A stretch of DNA of 64,000 nt from a virus (lineage: Duplodnaviria; Caudoviricetes). The DNA is taken from IMG/VR virus record IMGVR_UViG_3300047382_000771, positions 1 through 64,000 of that record; one strand, 5' to 3'. The stretch's first letter is position 1; each line of letters starts with the position of its first letter. A model generated the notes under the pieces. That model was given only the letters and a program-made list of their open reading frames with translations, had not been told where the DNA came from and ran no database searches. The position numbers and the translations under genes were made by a program. Below are positions 43,701-51,035 of this stretch, one piece after another.

Positions 43701-44007
43701 CAAGAAAATTAACAGTACTAGAGCTTGTTCCATGAAGAGTCCATTCGCTGTTATTTATTACCCGAAGGTTAGTGGTCGAATCAATGAGTAAAAAAGGGTA
43801 CTCTTTACTTCCTGCAGGTGCCCAATCTGTAGGATTGTTTTGAGGCTCTGTGGTTGAGTTGTTGCTATTTATGCATACGAAAATTCTATTTCTAGAACCA
43901 TCAAAATAATCTACCCTGTCCCCAGGGTTATAGTTTGTTGACCCAAGATCATCCCAGGTGCTTCGTGAATAATTTGATGTGACCTCTACATATACAGTTT
44001 TGCTCAT
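40765..44007 (-). CDS. Tailspike-like protein A: CBM5/12, three beta-helix-like modules, cupredoxin domain (1080 aa)
   Basis: W...Y-x-PGDRV-x-Y...F-x-C...W (CBM5/12); modules end LRPTSPLIG, LRPSSELIG, LRPTSPLIG; GGHP...YECQAPHPNM. Confidence 0.7.
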   Translation of the reverse strand: MSKTVYVEVTSNYSRSTWDDLGSTNYNPGDRVDYFDGSRNRIFVCINSNNSTTEPQNNPTDWAPAGSKEYPFLLIDSTTNLRVINNSEWTLHGTSSSTVNFLAEELGTWTPDNPIGGNAIYQADGAGGTIILGDGRYTWDYSTYAMWWPNNCTIQAKNRHKAYIIVNCAYWAGSNVTWKDVVFYNSVQTNVIPGTYGTGFKHNLDSCISTQETPWGTLSPLKQEPSSGLWTRTLSGSWNGGYIRGCVFDYQYKGPSYLFSLSGGSGSVFENNTFYIRVKNSQYNLIYNCGDITLKNNIFHIKYLQDGHPTQSLSRLGTITEGTNSFYLENDSDTGGVINNNLSGGITTNPEFINADESNLSLRPTSPLIGGYQPKDSLSLEYPEGFWYDSNHTPTFATRNYSLDSGDGNNYTFSGDATGTDPKLDVKTGDTLIFTNNTGGHPIGIKDSSGALIAQESGGILTFSTLREGVYRYECQAPHPNMSNEIVVTRGVGSYDNPHNNFLASLHVSGTLLVKNGTHTLPRQESDLAADLKIIGENTKNTIIFSTGATGTSYNAFFYGPDCTSFSIKNLTLRYNGFSTSYGLIYMRGHLDIGSCNIEQTDDSINSSATTRGWFLGGSSATIKNSTITGKSTNALVFGGDYNQDTFREAIIENCTFICKRSAANIYGTSNQGLNSTTNFSVKNTIHIGTGSTTLWHRAPTGGSNFYYNVNLSSTPSSDDFIGTEIPAFISETDYRLRPSSELIGGIQTYSESASGWYVDLVNGDDANDGKTPATAMLTVAAAHTASINRDTIYIVNQELTLSSNLTLPGGRDYKPASYCNIDGNNGYGIILSDTGALETGLNNFNFTNLRGTYSLLSIEASTSLSVFKIESCNFQGTVTNNKSAAIGGSSAGSCRSAADGSELKNCTIDCTWGSTSTGGNNSSGFVAIDRMNLIGCTFYVGKNTPISNTLFLVGSGGVGAWSHGPPNGPVLVKNCILYGNEKMSYSHNSSGHGSNLGFVSNVKVTTSTANYLIHNTCIYGVRGTFGIDEADKPYRGSLITEYLSGPDGIIIYDFDPKFVGPDNGNFSLRPTSPLIGMAS

Positions 44008-44009
44008 TA

Positions 44010-47000
44010 CTATAATCCTTTGCCAATTAATGTCGAAGTTGGTCGTAAGTTGAATTTATTACTATCTGGGTCTACAAATTTTGGGTCAACTCCGAATAAA
44101 TTATTTTTTGAATTCAGTATTTCCGTATGATCATGGCTGCTATAAACTGGGCTAACCCCATTAAAACAATTGTTTTTTATATTAGGTAATTTAGAGGAAT
44201 TGTTCGTTCCTATGCTGGCTGCTCCATTTGGTATGTGAATAATATTGTTTTGAAATATTCTTTGGTTTTGAGAATAGTTAGTTCCGAAAATTAACGAAGG
44301 AGATACATATGTGCCATTGGCAGCGTTTCTTCCATTAAAAGTTGTAATGCCTGCGGGAATGTAAAATGTGCAATTTTTCCAACTCCATGCTCCATGATAT
44401 TGATCATCCGCAAAGCTGTCTCCTCCACATAATAACCCACCAGCATGGTCAAAAGCAATAGAGATCTCACAATTTTCCCAATGCATCGTAGAGGAATATA
44501 TGTTTCTGCCGCCACCTGTCCACGGGTAAGTGGTGCTTGATGCAGTATTTATATGCCCTAAGAATTTACAATTTTTAAAGGTACAAGACCCTAAGCCAGC
44601 TGAACCAGATACAGAAGTTATCATATTTCTTGTAGCATTATCTGCACCTATCATATTATTAAATTGGATACCAGTAAAGGTAGTATCTAGATCTAGGAAT
44701 GCCCCAATCGAAGGCCCTGGAACTGTACCCCCATATGGTTTGTATGCGAAAATATTACTTGGGTCCAATTTTGCATCAAATATAACTTCATTTATTGTCT
44801 CTGCAATATAATTGTAGCCCGCACAAGTATAAGCATACCATACATTTGAGCTGACATTTGATGACGGGCTCCTGCCAAACGATGTAGTCCAGTCGTATGT
44901 TCCGTTTATTATTATAATAGTTGATCCATAAGGAACTCCAGCATTAACAATTTCCTTAAATTCATTAAACGGACCAGCGTCTCCATGAGCACTCATTGAG
45001 GAAGCATCTTTTTGTGAGCCGTCTCCATTGTATGCATTACCTGGCTGGAGATAGTAGACATTAGTGGGTTCTGCCGTTAACCCTCCTATCGCTGGAGAGT
45101 CAGCACGCAATCTAAGGTCTTCAGATCCCGCAATTGTTTGAACGAATGAAGGGTCAGCTGTACTATTGAGATCCATATCCGCAGGGAGCCGTGTGAAAGA
45201 ATCAGTAGTGGAATAAAAGATACAACTAGAAAACACTCCAGTTGAGGGGTTATTGGAATAAAAATCCCCTCCAACATTACTGTAAAATATGCAATTTTTA
45301 ATTGAAGAACCGTTATTAACGCTAAAAGCACCGCCTACCATAAGTGGACTTGGACCGCTGTGAACATAATTATACCCACTAAGCTTGCAAAATGTACAAG
45401 ACTGAACATCGTAAGCAATCTTACTAGTGCCATTTAGAAACGCTCCACCAGGACCATTATTATCTGACAATGGTACATTAAATTGGCAGCCTGAGAGCTT
45501 GAATGAATATCCGTCAGGTAGATGACTTGTAAAATAATCAAATACACTTGAATTAATACCAGCGCCCAACTCAGCGGTAATGTTTACAGATTTGGCGCTA
45601 AAACTTTTCCAATGAGCACCCGAGAATAAACCCCTATTAAGATAACTAGAAGTATTATTTATATGAATAGTAATATTCTCTAGATTAAGTGGGGTTTGTG
45701 ACTGAGGGCCGCCAGTAAAGAGCGAGGTCCCCACATAAAAAGCTGAATAAGAATTAAAATTATTCCCAGTGGTTAACCTTGAATTATGGTTTTCTCCGAT
45801 AAAATACAAGCCGCCTGAAAAAGCTGAAGATATACCAGTGCTAGTCGAGTATCCAGTTCCTGGATACCAAGACATCAAATGATCCCCCTCCTTAAATAAA
45901 AGAGTCAGTTTTGAATCGAAGTAACCAGCATCTATTGCATCATGATAGCTCTCGAAAGGATTATTATAAGAACCAAGAGTACCTTGTGATACCACTATGT
46001 CACCTCTCATGTTTTGATGTCCAGAAACTGTACATTGATAGTAGTATGTGTCTGCGTATTTTGGAGTGAATGTAGTTGTACCTCCAGATTCAGAAGCTAC
46101 TTCAAGTCCTTGGCTATTGTAAATTGCAAGGGGGTGACCTCCAGTATTATTTGCAAAAGTTAATGTGTCTTGAATGTTGACATTAAGTGTTGGGTCTGAT
46201 CCTGTTTCATCACCGCTAAATGTATAATTTGTTCCGTTACCACTATCTAGGCTAAAGGTATGTGACGCTTGCACTGGAGTATGGTTATGGTCCACCCATA
46301 CTCCATCTGGGTATTTTTTAGATAAAGAACTTTCGTCTTTAATTCCACCAATCAATGGAGAGGACGGCCTTAAAGAAAAATTACCTTTACTAGAATCCAC
46401 AAATCCAGGGTCTAAATATTGGAAATCATCAGTAACCTCCGTGAAAGTATTAGCGTCAGAAGCTGAATATAATATATTAGATTCACCTATATTATTTGAA
46501 TGTGTTATATTAATCGGTCCAGTAGAGGTGTACCCCAGGTGGGTCGCATAAAAAATACAACTCTTTACATAGGGGCTTTTGCTAAGATTGCTAGAACCGT
46601 AGAAAAGTGGGCTATAGTTATTGCCGCTACCAAAGCCCAGGGCAAATGTAGTATTTTCCCAAATAGGACGCTCTCCTTCATGTAGCGTCGTGCCATTGCC
46701 AAATAATGGGGCAGTTGCATTAGGGAAATATAAAAGCGTATCTTTAAATGATGTATGATTAGCATTACCAATCCTGAAGTCATTACCATTTGCTGGCCCA
46801 TAAGGGCAATCTTCATCAGTTAATTTACATTGTTTAAAAAATATTTTAGAATTACTTTCTATAAGTTTAATACTACTACCTCCACCCATTATTAAATTAA
46901 TTCCAGTAATTTCACTTCTATGAGTAGTTAAGCTGTTTCCATAATGAATATAATGATAATTAAAATAGAAATGAGTAATGGTCACCTGACCTGTATTTAA

Positions 47001-47417
47001 CGCTGTGTAATCAAGACCATCGACACATAAAGCACTAGTGGGTTGAAAGTATTCACCATCTTCTAGTATAATCTCCCCAGGCACGGTGCCATCTTCAGTT
47101 GCATGAGCCCAAACTGCCCCTCCGCTACCTAGATACCTACCATTAATTGATTCAAGATAAACTTCGCCCAAAGTGTGACTATCTAATCTACCATCGCCCG
47201 CATAATATGGGTATTCTTTACTACCTATCCTAGCCCAATAAGCGTCTCCGTTTGTCTGAGGAATAGAACTGGAATGAGACTGAATACATGTATAGAGTTT
47301 TTTGTAAGCTCCATCATCATATGTAATTCTATCACCTACATTATAACTTGTCGCACTGTCCCATACGCTGTTTGACCATTCAGATGACGGTACTCTCTTG
47401 ATGTAAATTTTAGGCAT
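44010..47417 (-). CDS. Tailspike-like protein B, paralogue with the same architecture (1135 aa)
   Basis: WDSATSYNVGDRITY; LRPSSPLIG, LRADSPAIG, LRPTSTLIG; GGHP...YQCTVSGHQNM. Confidence 0.7.
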   Translation of the reverse strand: MPKIYIKRVPSSEWSNSVWDSATSYNVGDRITYDDGAYKKLYTCIQSHSSSIPQTNGDAYWARIGSKEYPYYAGDGRLDSHTLGEVYLESINGRYLGSGGAVWAHATEDGTVPGEIILEDGEYFQPTSALCVDGLDYTALNTGQVTITHFYFNYHYIHYGNSLTTHRSEITGINLIMGGGSSIKLIESNSKIFFKQCKLTDEDCPYGPANGNDFRIGNANHTSFKDTLLYFPNATAPLFGNGTTLHEGERPIWENTTFALGFGSGNNYSPLFYGSSNLSKSPYVKSCIFYATHLGYTSTGPINITHSNNIGESNILYSASDANTFTEVTDDFQYLDPGFVDSSKGNFSLRPSSPLIGGIKDESSLSKKYPDGVWVDHNHTPVQASHTFSLDSGNGTNYTFSGDETGSDPTLNVNIQDTLTFANNTGGHPLAIYNSQGLEVASESGGTTTFTPKYADTYYYQCTVSGHQNMRGDIVVSQGTLGSYNNPFESYHDAIDAGYFDSKLTLLFKEGDHLMSWYPGTGYSTSTGISSAFSGGLYFIGENHNSRLTTGNNFNSYSAFYVGTSLFTGGPQSQTPLNLENITIHINNTSSYLNRGLFSGAHWKSFSAKSVNITAELGAGINSSVFDYFTSHLPDGYSFKLSGCQFNVPLSDNNGPGGAFLNGTSKIAYDVQSCTFCKLSGYNYVHSGPSPLMVGGAFSVNNGSSIKNCIFYSNVGGDFYSNNPSTGVFSSCIFYSTTDSFTRLPADMDLNSTADPSFVQTIAGSEDLRLRADSPAIGGLTAEPTNVYYLQPGNAYNGDGSQKDASSMSAHGDAGPFNEFKEIVNAGVPYGSTIIIINGTYDWTTSFGRSPSSNVSSNVWYAYTCAGYNYIAETINEVIFDAKLDPSNIFAYKPYGGTVPGPSIGAFLDLDTTFTGIQFNNMIGADNATRNMITSVSGSAGLGSCTFKNCKFLGHINTASSTTYPWTGGGRNIYSSTMHWENCEISIAFDHAGGLLCGGDSFADDQYHGAWSWKNCTFYIPAGITTFNGRNAANGTYVSPSLIFGTNYSQNQRIFQNNIIHIPNGAASIGTNNSSKLPNIKNNCFNGVSPVYSSHDHTEILNSKNNLFGVDPKFVDPDSNKFNLRPTSTLIGKGL

Positions 47418-48694
47418 TAGAAATAGCCTCCGTCAATCAATAAAGGAGCTGGGTTGGCACCAATAGAAGGAGACTGAAAACCCTGCCTGATCGGTAATCC
47501 ATTTGTGCCAAGACTGTCACTGTCCCCGTTAATCACTGAATAAGATTCTCCATCTGTATGCACAAACTCGATATCTGAAGGAGTGTCGCCATCATCAACT
47601 TTAACAGCTATACCTAAAGCAATCGCATTGTTGGCGCTGACTTCTTCTTCACCCCCAACCAGGTGAGCTACTCTATTACCAGCTGTATCAGTTGTAAATA
47701 AAATAAAAGAACTTTCATCAGAATAAATCCTTGTATCAACTGGGTTGATGGCGTGAGCCCCAATATCAGTAGCACCTTTAACTTTAAAGTCGTTGAATCT
47801 ATACCATCCAGATTCTAACCCATAATCACCTGTAGTACCAATAACAAAACGTTGTTCGTCAGTTAAGAGCTTGAACACTAGATCTTGATCTATACCTGTT
47901 AGAACATTGGATGTACCTAACCCTAATTTATCAGCAGTTAAAACTGTAACAGCATTACCTTCTGCATCTTTTACCTGTGGGATTTCGTTGAAAAACAAAG
48001 ATTTAGGGTTATCTGGATCTGGTTTTAATTCGACTTCTCCAACTTTAAGGCCAGAAGGACCGAGTAATAGCCTACCATTGCCATCGGTATCTAAAGATAT
48101 ACTCTCTGCGCCACCAAGGACAATACCTGATGGAAAATTGACAGTGGTTCCATTGGAACTTAGTACGGCATCGCCAAGGTGTAAGGAATTGTTTGTTAGA
48201 TACAAATCTCTAACCTTATTAGTTGGGCTTCCGATATCATATGCTGCATCTGACTCAGGAAGAATAGAACTATTAAATGTTAGTTGATCTGAATCGATTT
48301 TAAGGGATCCCGAGTGCTGAGTTACAGAACTCTGAGTGATGTTAGTGTCAGGTACATTTACCCACGTTACTGCAGAGCCAAGATCGTTTAGCTCAGTAAA
48401 TGATGTCAAGAAACCCTGTGCGCTAAGGTCGCTGATTTGACTAGCTGACAAGGTAAGAGATGCTTCGTGCTGAGTTACAGAGCTCTGAGTAATGTTAGTG
48501 TCGGGTACATTTACCCATGTTACTGCAGAGCTAAGATCGTTTAGCTCAGTGAAGCCAGTTAATACTGGGTTGCCTTCTAAGGTTAAGTCTGTTAAGAAGT
48601 GACCACTTTTAAAATAAGCGTCACCCCATGCCTGAGTAGAGATACCTATGCCTCCCTCTCCGTCTGATCTTGGTATTAAATTTTTAGTAGCCAT
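47417..48694 (-). CDS. Fibre-associated structural protein (425 aa) with internal duplication
   Basis: KNLIPRSDGEGGIG...W N-terminus; duplicated FTELNDL-x-SAVTWVNVPDTNITQSSVTQH. Confidence 0.7.
   Translation of the reverse strand: MATKNLIPRSDGEGGIGISTQAWGDAYFKSGHFLTDLTLEGNPVLTGFTELNDLSSAVTWVNVPDTNITQSSVTQHEASLTLSASQISDLSAQGFLTSFTELNDLGSAVTWVNVPDTNITQSSVTQHSGSLKIDSDQLTFNSSILPESDAAYDIGSPTNKVRDLYLTNNSLHLGDAVLSSNGTTVNFPSGIVLGGAESISLDTDGNGRLLLGPSGLKVGEVELKPDPDNPKSLFFNEIPQVKDAEGNAVTVLTADKLGLGTSNVLTGIDQDLVFKLLTDEQRFVIGTTGDYGLESGWYRFNDFKVKGATDIGAHAINPVDTRIYSDESSFILFTTDTAGNRVAHLVGGEEEVSANNAIALGIAVKVDDGDTPSDIEFVHTDGESYSVINGDSDSLGTNGLPIRQGFQSPSIGANPAPLLIDGGYF
48314..48550. repeat. 84-bp direct repeat (48314-48397 and 48467-48550, 5 mismatches)
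   Basis: Aligned by eye; 153-nt period, in frame. Confidence 0.9.
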
Positions 48695-48704
48695 AGTTGT
48701 TGAA

Positions 48705-48723
48705 GTTTTATTTTATTACACTT
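48705..48723 (-). promoter_or_regulatory. GTGTA motif (putative late promoter)
   Basis: AAGTGTAATAAAAT; GTGTA at 48717-48721. Confidence 0.55.
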
Positions 48724-48729
48724 TATATT

Positions 48730-50166
48730 TTAAATTATTGGATTGTTTTTTGGGATAATGTCTCCATTAGAGTCTTCTTCGAAATACTGATAGCTGTCAG
48801 AAGTAGAACTGTAAGCACCGTCTCTTGGCATGTAGGAATCAGATCCAGATTCCTCCCAGAATTGTAAGCCAGTATTATCAGTAAACGATACAGTCCTTAG
48901 GGCGAGACTACCATTGAGATCCTCAAACCATTGTATGGAGGATGAAGATACTGGAGATGGTGGTGTTGGAGTTACCCCTAAACTAGTGTTAGCAACATTA
49001 ACGAAAGTAGATTGATTTGTGAATAAAACAAATCCAGGAGGAATGATATGGGAACCAGGTATTGGCACCAAGACTGTTACTGATCCATCTGGACCCACTA
49101 AAATAGAAGGTTCCGAAAGTTGAATAGAGATTGGAAGCCCAGTGTCATTAATTGATCCGCCATCAGGGTTAGATAGGTAATCTTTAATATTTACAGAAGC
49201 ACCGCTCGATGTAGTGAAGGGGTCCGATGTATATGCAGGAGTTGGCTGACCGAGAGGAGATGTTGAATTACCTACATCTCTAAACATAGTGCAACCTGGA
49301 TTAATGGTCACCTTTCCTGGCATAAAATAAGTGACAGATCCATCGTCACAAACAATAATTCCAGCATCCACTGTTTCTATATTAATTGGAGAACCTCCGC
49401 CATTAAAAGAACCGCTATCTGGATTAGATATCAAGGAAGTGATATTGACGGAACTACCCCCAGCCGTAATGAAAGGGTCAGATGTATACGCAGGATTTGG
49501 TTGGGGTAATGGGGATGATGTTTTCCCTGAGTCTTGGAATAAGACCCAACCAGGAGGTATGGACGCGGCCCCTGGACCAATAAAATATTTGATTTCTCCG
49601 TTCGGCCCAATAATTAACCCTGAAGAATGAACGAATACAGTAATAGGGTCATTTGTATTATTTAATGTGCCTGAATCAGGATTATCAAGTAGGGAATCAA
49701 TATCAACCGATACACCCCCACTAGTTATATAAGGAGCGGGAGGAGAATATCCTACGGTAGGCAAAGCAGCTATGCCCAATAAATCTGGATCTCTAAAGTT
49801 GAGTATGCCGTCTCCGTCTGAATCACCTATCGGATCAATGTAGTTACCTAAGTAACTGTTAGTTAGCCCATCAGGCATCCAAACAGGGTAAGTTACCCCA
49901 GGAGGTGGTGGGCCTAATTCGGCCAGTCCATAAGCTGTAGCCGTACCTGAAGGCGACTTTTGTTTAGCTAGTAATTCAGAAGTAAGTAAAGGGTAGTAGC
50001 CTGCTATAGAAATAACATCAACTTCTTTGGGGACATAAACCGCTTGAAATTTTTGTTTTCCAGAGGGAGTATTTAATAAAACCTCTCTAGTGCTCCTATT
50101 ATAATATATTACCCCATCCTGTATATCTCCTTGTGGAAATTGAGAAACTTTATAAATAGTGGCCAT
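48730..50166 (-). CDS. Structural protein with three tandem repeats related to 38935-40701 (478 aa)
   Basis: P-x-IT-x2-G-x-SV-x-I-x2-L-x2-NPD-x-G...GP-x-G...IPPG-x-VLF three times; one DSDGDG. Confidence 0.75.
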   Translation of the reverse strand: MATIYKVSQFPQGDIQDGVIYYNRSTREVLLNTPSGKQKFQAVYVPKEVDVISIAGYYPLLTSELLAKQKSPSGTATAYGLAELGPPPPGVTYPVWMPDGLTNSYLGNYIDPIGDSDGDGILNFRDPDLLGIAALPTVGYSPPAPYITSGGVSVDIDSLLDNPDSGTLNNTNDPITVFVHSSGLIIGPNGEIKYFIGPGAASIPPGWVLFQDSGKTSSPLPQPNPAYTSDPFITAGGSSVNITSLISNPDSGSFNGGGSPINIETVDAGIIVCDDGSVTYFMPGKVTINPGCTMFRDVGNSTSPLGQPTPAYTSDPFTTSSGASVNIKDYLSNPDGGSINDTGLPISIQLSEPSILVGPDGSVTVLVPIPGSHIIPPGFVLFTNQSTFVNVANTSLGVTPTPPSPVSSSSIQWFEDLNGSLALRTVSFTDNTGLQFWEESGSDSYMPRDGAYSSTSDSYQYFEEDSNGDIIPKNNPII

Positions 50167-50182
50167 ATTTATTTATACACTT
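50167..50182 (-). promoter_or_regulatory. GTGTA motif (putative late promoter)
   Basis: AAGTGTATAAATAAAT-ATG. Confidence 0.6.
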
Positions 50183-50217
50183 GTTTTGCAGCGAAACTGC
50201 AATTATTTTAATAAAAC

Positions 50218-50243
50218 AAAAAGCCTCCTAAGGGAGGCTTTTT
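50218..50243. terminator. Bidirectional intrinsic terminator
   Basis: AAAAAGCCTCC-TAAG-GGAGGCTTTTT. Confidence 0.85.
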
Positions 50244-50268
50244 ATTAATTCGTTTGTGTTAAACAGAA

Positions 50269-50949
50269 TTAAGCGTATAAAGCTCCGCTAAAATCGGCGA
50301 TATCACCAAGATTTTTATACCCAGCCACATCACTGTCATCGTAAAGATGGACTCCACTAACTTTGATTTCGCCAGGAGTAACTGTAAAAGTTGTGGAACT
50401 TGCTGTGTCGGAAGAATCAGCTGTACCAACAACAAATTTAGAATCAGAATGATCCCAGATAAAAACTTGGTTGTCAAAAGAAGAACCTCTGTTAAAAAAG
50501 AAACCAGCGTCATTGGTGTAGCTGGCTCCAGCTCCATCTGAAAGCTCTATAACATTGTCTTCAATCGAGGAGTTGGTTGTGGATAATGTAGTAGTTGTGC
50601 CATTAACCGTAAGGTTGCCCCCAATGACAATGTCATTGGTTACATTTGCAGCGTCAACATAAAGTGTTCCAGCATCATAACTAAAACTGGCAGAATCATT
50701 AGCGAGAACATTGCCAGTTGTAAAAACGATTCCTCCATCTACATCTAAATTTGTACCTTTGAAACTTGCTGATTCAATAAGGGTTCCAGTTAAACCCGCA
50801 GAGAATGTTTGGCCAGCGGTAAAGTTATTTTCCGTAGCAAAAATAGAGGTATTATTATTACTGATAGCATTGCTAATTTCTGTGGAAATTTTATCGTTCG
50901 TTAATTGACCAATCTTGTAAAAGATTGAAGCGGTGTCTGGGTTAGCCAT
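50269..50949 (-). CDS. Fibre/structural protein (226 aa)
   Basis: GNLTVNGTTTTL-x-T-x-N-x2-IEDN-x-IEL motif typical of large-phage fibre proteins; NPDT-x-SIFYKIGQLT N-terminus. Confidence 0.75.
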   Translation of the reverse strand: MANPDTASIFYKIGQLTNDKISTEISNAISNNNTSIFATENNFTAGQTFSAGLTGTLIESASFKGTNLDVDGGIVFTTGNVLANDSASFSYDAGTLYVDAANVTNDIVIGGNLTVNGTTTTLSTTNSSIEDNVIELSDGAGASYTNDAGFFFNRGSSFDNQVFIWDHSDSKFVVGTADSSDTASSTTFTVTPGEIKVSGVHLYDDSDVAGYKNLGDIADFSGALYA

Positions 50950-50994
50950 GATAATTAGTTAGTTATTTTTTTGTTTGTTAAAAAAAGGTTAGTT

Positions 50995-51010
50995 AATAAA
51001 AGGTACACAA
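50995..51010 (-). promoter_or_regulatory. GTGTA motif (putative late promoter)
   Basis: TTGTGTACCTTTTATT; GTGTA at 51004-51008. Confidence 0.4.
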
Positions 51011-51035
51011 AAATTTTATTTTTTTTCTTTTTATT

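Noticed and set aside
48314-48550. Possible DGR template/variable repeat pair
   Set aside because: Differences are not confined to adenines of one copy, both copies are in frame within one gene, and no reverse transcriptase is in the window.
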